From: Yuukianura sp. NJ FZ-2021
Taxonomy: Eukaryota
Length of the DNA: 64,000 bases
Direction: 5' to 3'
Assembly: GCA_046563655.1 (NCBI GenBank)
Contig: CM102290.1
Coordinates: 7,750,001-7,814,000 of the forward strand
The position numbers and the translations under genes were made by a program. Position 1 is the stretch's first letter; the number at the start of each line of letters is the position of its first letter. The notes below the pieces were generated by a model. That model saw only the letters and a list, made by a program, of their open reading frames with translations. It searched no databases and was not told the origin of the DNA. Shown piece by piece: positions 51,585 to 64,000 of the stretch.

Positions 51585-54500
51585 CTTCAAACCTACCGGG
51601 ATCTTACAGTACTAGTAAGTTTACAAACTTTCCTTTTCCGTATGCCCATGCTATTTCCTTGTGTCATGACCTTGATGATCTCAGATTGAGCTCATCATCA
51701 TACACACACTTAACAAAAAATAACCTCATTAAGATCCACTCTACCTTATAAGTGTTTCCTTCGCACCTCTATGATAAATCTTAACGTTAAGGTGACAGTC
51801 TTGTCCAAAGTAGGCTAAACAGATTCTTGTTTCCAATAAATTTGAGAAAGTCATGAAAGTGCAAGTGCAAGCAACTTCAAAAGCCACAAGGCACAAAAAA
51901 AAACTTTGTTTGAATCAATTCCATTTCTAATCCCAGGTGAAAACTAACTTCAAGTTTTGTTTGTTACAGGAGCACTTCAAGCAGAATTCATCGTATCATA
52001 GTGCATTGCACCTCAACTTCTGTTCATTATTTATCATCAACAGTTAATTAGCTATTAGCTACTATAGATTTTACAGTTTTACTTAGAATCATTTGTCATG
52101 CTTTCCTGTAATTTTCTCTGTTGATACAGATTAGTACTGATGTAAATACTATGTGAAGATAACTACCACTTTTGTCACAGACTGTTCAGTATATCAAATT
52201 CACAGTTTTCTTCAGTAGGAATAGAAATTGATTTCTAGTTAAATGTTGTAAAGAAAAAATGCATGTGTAAAACGAAACAAGATCTTGAAATTCCTTTTAT
52301 CTTTAGTCTTGACAACCTTAAGTAGATCGCAACCACAATTCAAGTGGACGCGTCCCAACTTTTGCAAATTGTCAACCTGTCCCCATCTTCCCCCAAAATG
52401 AGGTTTCTAAGTTGCGTTAAAATTGTAAACTTTTTTTTTACCTTGACCGAAGCTTTGGAAGTTAGCAGCGTCTGGGGACACTGGAAACTGCGCAGACGGA
52501 GTTCTGACTCTGCGCAATCAGTACCATGAAACTGCCAGTGTTTGTTGTTCAAGAACACACGTTGCTGGCGACGACCACTGAACTTGAACAGTAGCTGATG
52601 CAGAATGCAGGTTGGTTTTTGGAAGAGTCAGTGCAAAGCCGAAGAACGAAGGAAAATGAATGAATTGATGATGAGGTGGGCAGCCAAATGCTGACTGAGG
52701 GACAGGGACGTAAGTCGACACGTCAGAAAGTTGTAAAAACCTTAAGCTAAGCTTTTAGTTTGAGTACCTGTATTTCGTCTAGGTCTAACTGCAATCACTC
52801 TACCACTTTATAACAATAGCTTCAAAAACCTTGTGTTCAGACTTCCATGTCCAAGACCTCCTCATCACCAAAAAAAATATTGCATAACCTCAACTAACTA
52901 ACCTAAACGTTAGCATCTAGTCAGCTAGGACGGAAGGATGCAGTTCAGCTAAGCCGGAATTTGAGGTGAGAAGTACAGGAAAAAAGAAACCTCTTCCAAA
53001 ATCCTTTTGTTTCATTTGCCGAAACTGTGTGCCAAAAAAAGTTCAGCAAAAGAACATCTTCATTCATTGTTTAGTTTGGATGACGCTGGATCTGAGGTCA
53101 GAACCTTTACGTAATACTGAAGGTACAAAAGATCAGCAGGAAAAGGAAGTCACAAGTCAAAGATCTTGTAGGAAGTAGCTATGGAGACAAATTCTTTGAA
53201 TGACTTTTGACTCCTAGTTTGACTTGTTTGACTAACGTCAAATATTCCATTGTGCAAAATTATTCTGAAGTCGTACACTGTTTCAGCAAACTCACGACAA
53301 TTTTGACAGTTTTAGCTTGTGAGCGAGGTTAATAATGTGCTTGAAAGGCACTGTAAATTCTTTATGCACCTTTGCACAATTTTGATCCTAACATTCACTA
53401 TAGTACTAAACGTGTTTCAAAGTAAAAAGAAAAGAAAAAGCAGTTGACGTTATTCATATTCTTTACCGATGATGACGGAGACTCATAAAACTGTAATCGA
53501 AGATTGCGTAGTCAAGATTAGAACTATTTCTATTGTTTTCTTTCTACCCATTTTCCAAGAATTTCTTTATACTTTTACAATGTACGAACTCAATTCTGTG
53601 GAATAAAAATTTCCTTCTTCCTTACTAAACATTTCAATCAGAAATGCGAAGAAAATATTTTCTAGCGAAAAAAAGAAGGTTGTACTGAAAATCTCTTTGG
53701 AAATCTCGGCGTCGGTGTCCAGTGGGAAATATTAAGTACGTTGCCAGGAAATCACGCCAAATTCTGGCGTGATTCAGTTGCTAGACATTTTCTTTGTAGA
53801 AAAAGTGGGGCTAGACAATAAATAAAAACAAAGAAGGAGTGAAGTGTTCAGTAAATTCTTAAGTGGGCATTTGAATTTAGATGTAACCAGATACAACGTT
53901 ATCAAAAAAGTTCCGGAGTCGATTTCCTTGCAAACGGTCCTTTTTTTCCAATTATTCAACGGCAAAATTTTTCCGCCGGTTAGTTCAGCAAAATAATTTA
54001 TTTCATGACTATTAGCCGTTCTAAAAAATATTTATCAAAAACATGTTTAGCCTAAATAGTTTTCAAGCGCATGATTTTTTTTTACTCTTTGGCTAACCGT
54101 GCTTTCTGGATTTTTCTTCAAAATAAACCAAATAAAAATAAATGTTTTTTGAACCAAACACAAATTGATTTTTTGGAAACATTTTTACATGAAAAAATTA
54201 TCCAAAATCCAACTCATTTTTTCCCATCAAATTACAGTAATTTGAATAAGATTTCTTAAAAACAATGTTGAGTAACCGTATTGAGTAAATTGGGGAGATG
54301 AGCACAGGATATATTAAAAATTGGTAAAAAAAAATATTTGCAACACTTTGAGACAATGGACATAAATTACAGTGTCACTTTTGGCAAAGATGACGCCATT
54401 TTCCTGTTGTTTCATTACGTTTTTTCAGTGCTTGATCATTTTTGACTCATATTTAATTACAATTCTCATTCAACGAATGAATGACTTATGCTTCGCTGCA

Positions 54501-57500
54501 AGCTCTTATTGCATGCTATTTTTTCCTTCGTCCATCCTAAACCCTATGAAAAGAATATTTACGTGCTTGATTTTGTAAATAGACATGAAAGCATATTAAG
54601 GAAACACGTTATGGGAATGTGTTGAAATTTTGTGTAAAATAAAGAAATTATGAAAAGGAAAGAAGATAAAAAGACAAAAGGAATTTTTAGAAAAAGAGAT
54701 CAGTTCAAATCCCATGTTCCATTTTTAAGCAGGTTGGGAACTTTTTTCCTAAAGAAAAAAAAACAACTGAAGATGAGAAGACGTTTCTGGTTAGGCTTGA
54801 ATGGTTCTGTGATCAGTAGAACAATTTTCGGAGCTTTACAACTACACTTTTCCTTTCCATTGTAATGATTTTAGGACGAAGTTGTGCAAATTGGGGGCGT
54901 AGACCGTAGTAATTGCTGTTGTTGTTCTTTCGGTAAAGTACTCTTTTTTTTGTCTTCCCGTGGCCCCCTATGTCCAAAGTTTTAAAATGGAACTTGTAAA
55001 AACTGATTTCATTGTTGGCATTTTGGATTGTTGGATTCTCAGTGAAGTAACAATGGAGATGAGCAAAGGAATGCCGTGTGGATTTAACTATCTCACAAGG
55101 ATCAGAGCTATTCCCATGCTAACTTCCTTTTCACAACTAACAATGGGATTTATCCAACATTTTACTTCACTGGCCGTTAAGATTCCTGTAAAAAAATGTT
55201 GAAAAAAAAACTTTTTCAACAATATTTTAAAATATCCTGAATATAAATTTTAGAACTTTTTTAACAAGACGTCGGAATTCTTTTCATTCCGCTGTGTTTA
55301 AAAACAGTTTTTATGATTTTTTTTCTTGCTGATTATGTTGTTTTTTTTTTTAAATAAAATTTGCAGGATAATTTAATGTAAATACAAAGCTTTTGTAACA
55401 TTAGTTCAATTTTTTTCTGGCAAAACAAGTGTCATTCAGAAGTGGCGTCTTTGTTAAACATGAATGTACAAGTTCCATTGTTACTTTATGGGAAAATATT
55501 ATGTGGTTTTATAGTGTGTCAAGTAATGCCGAAGGCTCAAAGGGTTACTTCATAAGCTTAAAATTTATTCTACTACGCTTTTGTCATGTCGAATTTCTTA
55601 AAAAAAAAGTCATTTAGAATAAGAAATTTTTCTAAACAAGTCCTTTCAAAAAGCAAACATTTTCAGTTGTTTATTTAAGGGATTAAAAGAAATCGGAATT
55701 CTCTTTCTAACGATGACTATTGTTGAAAAAATTTATGACAAAAGGCTACAGTGCTATTAGGCTGGAGAATCGTGGTTCTGGAGTCAGAAAAGAATTGTAA
55801 AGTTATAATTTAAATTTCCTTTTCCATTTTCATTTCTGGGCAAGTGAAAAGCCGCCTCAACTTTTTCTTTAAAAAAAATTTTTTGGCCTCCCATTTGTGT
55901 CCATTGTCCTTTTGAAAATGCTTAGTTCCGACGCCTATTATCCCATTCCGTCCAGTGATCACGGGCAAAGTGACCAAACCGCCTACTTTCAAATCCTTCT
56001 CCCACGCTCTCCTGCTCCAAATCCAAAAGTTTCAAAGCCAACAACAGTAACACTTAGTTTTTGTTAGGTTATTCTACCTAGCGTTGCTCATTTGTCGCAT
56101 CAACAATAGAAAATGCCTTGTTCTTTTTTTTTGTCCTAGTATTCCCATGTACCAAAAGTCTTTCTTTTTTTGCTTCCATTGTCACCAGTATCATGCTGAA
56201 TGCGTTCCAGTTAAACCGGATTTGTTGATGACAGAGTAAAACTAAAGTCTGGTTACTTGTTTTGAAATGAAGCTAAGATGCGTAGATGCGTTCCATCTTC
56301 CTGCTGCACTAAATCCGGAAGTAGGGTTATAAAATTCCACTTTAGGCAAAGTTTCAAGGTCAGGGTCACGGAATAAATCAGTTTCATAGTTTTGAAAGAG
56401 CACAGGAACAGACGAGGAAAATTTCAAACATTTCCTGAGGGAATGTCGACATACATTGCTCATCTTTCTTAATAACCGTGCGAACTTGCTCAACCGTTCT
56501 TGCGTCCTTCTTAACACTAATTACACGACTCAGAAGAAACCAGCTTTTGGAAAAGCCAGCTCAGCCCTGCATACGAAAAGGATTGCTGGAAATTTCCAAG
56601 CCCTGGAAGATTTTTTTTTAATATTTGTTAATACTTGGCAAAATTTAAAAAAATTTCTTTTAACCAAAAACCAAGAAATTTGAGTCGGTGTTTGAGAATT
56701 ATGTTCACTACACCTTTTAAACAGGTGACAGGAAGAGGCCCTTAGCTCTGTAATAAAAGATCCCTTTAAGGGTCTATGGAACCTGAGCGTCCAAAGAATT
56801 GAAAAGAAAGAAAAAGTGATATTAAAAAATTTGTTCAAAGTATATTTTTTGTTGGAAAGCCGGAAACTGTCTCCCTCTCCACCTCAAGTTACTTCCGCTG
56901 GTCTTGAGATGAAAAAGTCTTTTTGAACTGTTTCCTATCTTAGTGGAACAGGAAAACAGGCTGTCAATGAAGGGCCGATCCTTACTGGAAATGTTGTCAA
57001 GGGCCCCCACCAAGGAAGTCTTGAACAGAAACCATCAATTCTTATGTTGCCATCACACGTGTGTAAGGGGAAGGGGCCCCTTTGAACAGAGGACTCACAT
57101 TCAACACACATGTCTCTGCATTCGCATCTTTTTCAAAAAAAAAGACGTTGGTTTCCATTTTTTTCTTCTTAGGAATAAGCTGCTTCATTGTCTCGAGTTG
57201 GTTTAGAACGCTTTCACTCCGATCCATGACAGTAGTAACCAGCTTGACAACTGTTAAGCTATCGAATTTTGAAAAAAGTCACGTCTTTGGCTAAAAATTT
57301 CAAATCGAACAGGTCAGTCAGTGTGCAAGTTCATCTTGTAACCTGCAGTCTAACGCTCTTTTATGTAAAAATAAAATTGGCTGGACAGGTAGCTGAACTG
57401 GCAGGTCATGGTTTTGTTGAGACCAGAATTCGCCTGGATATGGTTTAATTTTGCAAAGTTGAACTAAAAAGTTGAAATGATGTTTTCCAGCTTGCAACGA

Positions 57501-59335
57501 CAATTAAATTTCTCCTGGATCAAAATTAAGTCTAGACATACACACATGGTGCTTGCCCACGCTAGTTCCAAAGGAAAGGTGGTACAGTTTTCTGTTTTTT
57601 GAAAAGTGAGGTAAGGCTTCGTTGCTTTTTTAAATTTACCTCCGAACAGAAATCCAAGAAACATGGAGAGGCAGAGGCATAGGAGGAAGTCCTCCTGACA
57701 CTTCTGCCAGCCAGCTACTTGATAATCCCTTGAGGCTGCGAAGATGCCACGCTCCATGCCTACGTCTATCCCTTATGATCGTCAACTTAAGCAGCAGTAG
57801 TAAGCATCTCAAAGCATCTTGAGGATATCTGATACTATTTCTGGATTCTTATAATTTCTATCCACGACGACGGTTGTTCCACCTTCCATCGCTTTTTATT
57901 TCAGTTCGTCTTATTTTCAAAACCCACCGCGCAAACCGCCCTGCTGCCTGGTTACAAAAAAACGTGAAACTAACTTCCAGCAGCAGCCGTGAAAAGCTTT
58001 AGGAGGATCTTAACGGCCTGACAGGTGTTGGATTCACTTGAGGAAGAAGAAGATGTCGGTAGGACGTTCAATAGCTTTTTTTGAAAAACGTGCGGAGTCC
58101 TATAGCAGCTTTGAACTGCTGAAGCGTGGAGCCCTTGGAATCCTCATGCCTATTTCATATCACATGGGTACTTAAGATCAGTGTTGGTTGATATCCACTT
58201 TTTCGACATTTCATCCATGGCTAGATATCCAGTGGAAGAAATGGACGAAATGGGTGAATCCGAAGGGGCGGAGCTTTGCCCACCGGGTTTGAATTATTTA
58301 AATGCAATAAGCATAAACAATTCATAGTTACCGTACAAAACCGAGGAAAATGTAGTTTTTTGTGTGAGTATTAATTAAATAATTAATTTTAAAGATGAAA
58401 GAAACTCTGTTTCAGAATATTTTGCAGTCTTAAATTTTTTTTTAAATTTCGCTCTAAATTTCTCATTTCTTCCATCCACTAAAAGTTTCATCCATTTCGG
58501 GTGCGTTTCTTCCAGTGGAAGTGGCAATTAAGCCACTGGACGTTAAAGCGTCCGCCAACACTGCTTCAGATACATTCATTGCCTTTAAAACAGGAAGAAG
58601 ATTTTGAAAGTTGGAATTGGACTGAATGTGCCACAAACCAGTTCCAAACTGTTGGTTTTTTTTTGAAAAACGATTTCCAACACACAAACAGAGGAAAATG
58701 TTTGAAGTGGAAGTGCCTTCTGGGTCGTAGTGGACAAAAGGTGTACGTATGCAGACGGAGTGTCACTTGTCAAGGTAGAAGCATCTGTATACCCAATGGA
58801 CCAAAATAGTTGGGGGCTTTGAGAAAGTAATTATGAAGGAACTGAGAGGACTTTGAGGAAGCAGATGCGTCAACAGGAGCCCTTTTGTCGTATGTCCGGC
58901 CATTCTGTGTAGCCACGGTGTTACTAATCAGGAAACTGCAGTTACAAGTCTAAAATTGAACTAACCTAAACAATTTTCAGTATGGAGAATAGTAGATCTG
59001 CTGCAAATCCTTTCATATACTGAATTCTGTGACCTCAGCCCATGACCCCTTCATTCCAGAAATAACTCACAAAGGTAAACTGTTGACACCGGGCTATTTC
59101 AAAATTGTCAAGGTTTTGGAAAAAATGTAGTTGTCTGCCAAAAAGTTGAGATTTTTAATTTTTTTTTTGCACTTTTAAGAATACTAATTGCAGCAGATCA
59201 GTTGCAAAACTTTAATTGTACAAATTAAACTCAACTGTGAACTAATTCAAATTATGGGAATCCTCGCACAAAATCGACCCGATTCCCCAGCGAATTCCTG
59301 ATAAAAATTTCTCATACTCTAATTTAAAAATGTAA

Positions 59336-59429
59336 AATTTCAAACAAAAATTCCTTAATAATTAAGGAATTTTTGTTTGAAATTACTGAACTCAATTATT
59401 GAGTTCAGTAATTCAACTAGTAGTTAATT
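59336..59429. repeat. Chain of adjacent palindromes (24-bp and 16-bp perfect arms, plus an imperfect third)
   Basis: 59336-59359/59361-59384 and 59381-59396/59398-59413 are perfect inverted repeats with 1-nt spacers that share AATT joints. Confidence 0.9.
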
Positions 59430-61402
59430 CTGGTTTTTGCCAAAGTTAACTTCAATTTACCTTTGGATACCTAACCAAAAACGACGTAAAATTTAATTTG
59501 ATTCCTAACGAAAGAAAAGCCTATTAAAAATCATTACGAAATCCTGAAATCAGGTTTATGTTTTATGCGTTCATTTGAGTCATGCCACATTTTAATTCAA
59601 TATCAAACATAGAGAGAAAAAAAAGGCCACTAAAAATTCCATCTCCAAAAATCAAGATTCAACTTTCAAAAAGAAAAACTTTTGTAATTAAATTGAAAAC
59701 TTTTTGACTTGCTCTGATTATATCATCTTCATCGCTGCAGAAGTTGCTCTGAAGTCTTCAAGCTACACTAATCCTTAAAGATGCAATCACTCACCCCACT
59801 AGGAAACACAAAGTTGACAAGTGTGGAAAGCGTTGGATATTGAAAAGTCTAAACCAAGAGGAGGGCAATGACCTCTCGGGCACACCAAAACATGGCGGCG
59901 GGCGGTTCACCTTGACAAGTAGACTAAGAAGGGGCAGAGTCTAGGTCAATGCTAATAAAAAACACGGGTTACGGCATGGTAGTGTATGTTTATTGTAATT
60001 AATAGAGCGGTGAAAGTTAGTTTTTCCTTTGAAATGGATCGGTTGTAGTAGGAAACCGTAAAAATAAGAAAGAGGCGAGTAAATGGGAAAATGTCGAGTT
60101 TGCTACTTCTGCTAGAACTTTGTATAATTATAGTTTTCATTTAGAATTTTCTCCACTTTTACGCTATAAAATACGGCTTGGTTTCTGAATGAAGTTTCCC
60201 ATTAAATAATAAATAATTAATCTCGAACACGAAATCCCAGGCGGGTACTTACAACAACCAAAAAACGGCGGGAAGTGGTGCTGGTGCAATGCAATGCTAA
60301 AATTACGTAATAAAAAAAAAGGCCGACTGCGAGGCGTAGTCCAATCTGATTTCAAATGTAATTTAATGAGTTCAAAAGGAACTACGAACTTTCTCTTCTG
60401 TGTAGTCATTGGAGTTGAGTTCTAAAAACTCAAAATTCTAATCGCGTAAATCCAATTTTCCTTCTTACCGAAAATTAATAAATGGTTAATTTAAACACAA
60501 AATCTCATTTTGAGAATTTCGAGAAAATTGTGAGACCACACTCTTAATTCAATCAGCTAAAAGTAAATTGCAATTGACTTTTGGAACAGAGCCAAAAGAA
60601 GGCATGGCTTCACCGTGGGAACTAATTCCATGACTTGTAGTGGCGGACCAATTGCTACAGTACAAAACTTAATACACACACTTTACAATTAACTTGCAAA
60701 AGTGTTACACCAAACAACTTGAGACGTCGGATCTTAGTTTGGTGGCAATCTTCGTTTGTCGTCACGTTTTGACATTTTTTTTACAAGAAACTTGAACCTT
60801 TCAAAAAATACAGAAAAATTTAGCATCTATGTAATTTCTGTAAATCTCACTAAAAATTTTGAGACAAAAAACTTCAAAAGTCTGACATAGCAGTCAACCT
60901 CCGGTTGCTGCTGGTTGAGATTGTGTGTCACACTTAATTTTTTTGTGTACGAATTTTTTTGATTGTTATCACTGTAAGTGTGGCAATTATAATTGCTTCC
61001 TTAAGCAAGAGAGAAAAATATAGTAAACTTGGAAGGTGTAATCGTAGAACGCATCGGCTAGGAAAAATCCCAAAACGTTACGCAACTTACCAAGGATGAT
61101 GGCGTAAGGTGAAGAAGAGGTTACGTACCCTAGGTTAGCCTCTTCCTTGAATTTTTTCTTTCTTTTTTTGTTTTTCCCTTGAGTAGCTCCGTTATAAAAA
61201 TTTAAGTTATGAAAACTGGCATCAACAAAAAAAAATAATAATTATGGCTTCACTTTGGCCTTAAGTAGCCAAAGCTATTAAAGGATTGAAGCAACTCTTG
61301 TAATTATTTAGTCCATCAAATTCATTCTAAGTAAACCAAAATCTCCGGTTGCGTCTTTTGTGTTTGGACACCGTTGACCCGAGCAGTAGTGGTCTACCTT
61401 GA

Positions 61403-62623
61403 AATAATAAACCGTAGTAAACGCCGTACGTAAGTAGCGAAAGGAAGCTAGAGCACACAATCCGGAAATTGTGCACTTCCAGTTGAAAATTGAGCCGTAT
61501 TAATCACCCCCAGGCTATGACAAACCGATTTACGAAGACAGATTGCAAATCGGTCCAGGGGTTTCGGAGGTATAGTTATAGTGCAGACAGGCAGACGGAC
61601 AGACAGACAGACAAGCAGACGGACAGACAGACAGACAGCCAGACTCAGGGAAAACGTAAAGTAGGTCATGCTTCCTCGAGTAGGACGAGGGACGCAATTT
61701 TGCAACTTCTATCGTCTGTATCTCTGTAACCGTAGATCAAAGGTCAAGGTCACCTTTACAAAAGTTGTTCAGCCCAATGAGATAAACAACTTTTGTAGAG
61801 GTCATTTTTTGATTTCCGTAAATAAAGTATTTGACCTTGACCTTTGACCTGGACATGGACAACTTCCGGTCAAGCTGGACACTGATTAGACACCGCTGGA
61901 ATATGTGAAACGCAAATGTGGAAACAGATTGAAAATCGGTCCAGTGGTTCTGGAGTTATAGACGCGAATAGCACGAGCAACCCCATTATGCAAATTCTAA
62001 GGTCTATATCTCCAGAACCCTAGGTCAAAGGTCAAGGTCACCTGTACAAAAGTTGTTCGTCTCGATGAGATGAACAACTTTTGTATAGGTCATTTTCCCG
62101 ATTACTGTCAAAAATGTATTTGACCTTGACCTTTGACCCGGACCTGGACAACTTCCGGTCAAGCTGGACACCGATTAGACACCCCTGGAACATGTGAAGC
62201 GCAACTGTGAAGGCAGATTGAAAATCGGTCCAGTGGTTCTGGAGTTATAGACGCGAATATCATGAGCGACGCCATTATGCAAATTCTAAGGTCTATATCT
62301 CCAGAACTCCAGGTCAAAGGTCAAGGTCACCTATACAAAAGTTGTTCGCCTCGATGAGATGAACAACTTTTGTAAGGGTCATTTTTTCGATTTTCGTCAA
62401 AAATGTATTTGACCTTGACCTTTGACCCTTAAGGGGTCTACTTCCGGTCAAACCGGTCACCGATTGTACACCCCCAGACCATGTCAAGTTCATCTGTAAA
62501 GACAGATTGAAAATCTGTCCAGCGGTTCCAGAGCTAGCTTGACCAGCAGACGGACGGACAGACGGACAGACGGACAGACTCGGGGAAAAACATAAAGTAG
62601 CTCATACTTTCGCTACTTAATAA
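61403..62623 (-). mobile_element. Non-autonomous Helentron/DINE-1-like (HINE) element with (GTCY)n microsatellites and about 288-bp internal tandem repeats
   Basis: 13-bp subterminal inverted repeats TAAGTAGCGAAAG (61431-61443) / CTTTCGCTACTTA (62607-62619); short terminal hairpin AAGTAGC...GCTACTT; (CAGA/CGGA)n tracts at about 61584-61643 and 62547-62579; T-rich ends on the minus strand. Outer boundaries approximate. Confidence 0.75.
61735..62535. repeat. Tandem repeat, about 288-289 bp unit, about 2.8 copies, each unit internally palindromic
   Basis: Units start at about 61735, 62023 and 62312 with G(G/A)TCAAAGGTCAAGGTCACC. Each contains TACAAAAGTTGTT...AACAACTTTTGTA and TGACCTTGACCTTTGACC. 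Confidence 0.9.
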
Positions 62624-64000
62624 ACGTTGGTGGTGCTAAAAAGTATGCGTTTTGATTGAAATCAGACTCTGCCTTTCGCATAGCCCGAAAGTTAAAAAAT
62701 CGCATAACTTCTTACGATCCTCATACTTTTGAATATTTTTCTAAGCATCGCGTGCAAAAATCATAACCTAATACACCAAAGCTAAATTTTTAAGAAAGAA
62801 AAAACAGAGAAGGAGTTACAATTAATCAAGTTAGTTTTGCTTTTTTTCTTAAATCGTTTGGACGGGAGACGGGAAGTCTGGTGAACTGGAAGTCCTTAAG
62901 ATATTCATCACCTCATAAGGGCTTTTGTACGGATTTGAAACATTACAGAACGGAAAGAAGGAAATCATGGCGAACTAAATCCAATTCCATTCTACACTTG
63001 AACACACAAGGAGATGATGACCTTTGAAAACCTCAAACTTCCTTCCAAATCAAATTGACCTCTTCTGGAAATTGGTTAACATGTCTGAGAATTGACTACT
63101 TTTTGGTTTGCGTTTTGTTTCAAGTAGTTCCGTCTAGAATTTACTTTTTGTGTTTGGTTTGCGGAACTTAGTTTCCTGCCAGTTCCGTGGATAATTCCTT
63201 CCGTTTTTTCTTCATTTTATATTTTGAATTTTTTTGAACTTTCCCTCTGACTTTCTCCATTTCCATTTACTATGACATATGAAATTCTGCTCATGTTTCA
63301 TGAAGCCGGAGACCGGTAAACGGCCTTGGACAAGGGCTTGGACCTTCCTTGAGTTCACGTCCGTAAAGCGTCAGCACCGCCGCTGGGTAGCTACTGCCCA
63401 GTACTTTCTTATAACCCCAATGAAACCGACGAGACTGGACCAAAAACTTACTACGACACGCAAGCATCCCATCATTTCCTTATCTCCACTCTACGTCTAG
63501 ATTTCCAGTTCCGTATTTATTTGGTTCCCCTCGGTCAACCGTTCAACAATGTTTTTTGAGAGTTAACTCCGTCAAAAGAAAATAGGAACTTAAAATTCAA
63601 GTAAAAAAAAAACGATTTGACCACAAAATGTCGAATGGGAAAAATACTACGGAGGAAATCCAAGGGGCATCAGCAGACCGATCAAAGGAAAGAAAAAAAA
63701 ATTTTTTTAGAGCATATAGGTTTGATGCGGTTCTTTCACTGTAACGTAAGCCGCATGCAAAATCACGAACTTTACACCTCGACTTTCCATTATGTTTTGC
63801 TTTCTTCAAAACTCTTTCTCCTTGATTTCTATTATTTTGTAAGTGCAGAGGCATAGAGGTGAAACTGCTTATGCAAAAAAAAAATCTTTTTAGGAGAAAC
63901 GCCTTAAAACTTATTTTTTAATTATAAATCGTGGAAAGTGGATTTTTTTTGACAGTGTAAAACAGGACTCAAAATTTCCAACCCCGAAAAAAAACTTTTG

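Noticed and set aside
53750..53774. 10-bp-arm hairpin AATCACGCCA-N5-TGGCGTGATT as a terminator or Helitron end
   Set aside because: Eukaryotic context, no adjacent CTRR end or partner terminus; an isolated short hairpin.
52000..61400. Many 60-100 aa ORFs in the distal region
   Set aside because: Lys/Phe-rich translations of poly-A/T DNA, with no domains and no phase-consistent exon chain; probably intronic or intergenic.
61735..62535. Regularly spaced palindromic repeats as a CRISPR array
   Set aside because: The sequence between the palindromes is itself repeated (no unique spacers), the period is about 288 bp, there are no cas genes and the DNA is eukaryotic.

Overview
Eukaryotic, AT-rich, intron-containing animal DNA that looks arthropod-like (short GT-AG introns, TTAGG-type motifs). 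It is not prokaryotic, so most entries in the ORF track are exon fragments or noise. Manual splicing gives seven genes: (1) the 3' half of a nicotinic acetylcholine receptor subunit most like arthropod alpha4 (+, 36-3195); (2) SRP72 (+, 9664-12340); (3) a convergent gene for a probable secreted long-chain helical cytokine-like protein with candidate alternative N-terminal exons (-, 13928-18333); (4) an mpaB/Lcp-like (DUF2236) heme oxygenase-domain gene with an intronless CDS (-, 25466-26761); (5) a KChIP-type neuronal calcium sensor (+, 40760-44010); (6) an orphan class C GPCR (-, 44466-48828); (7) a divergent NF-YC-like histone-fold gene missing from the ORF track (+, about 51112-51584). Non-coding structure includes a Mutator-like foldback MITE with a 9-bp TSD, a TA-flanked MITE, a chain of adjacent palindromes, and a Helentron/DINE-1-like element whose internal repeats form hairpins rich in nuclear-receptor half-sites. 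Family assignments come from recognised motifs, not from database searches.
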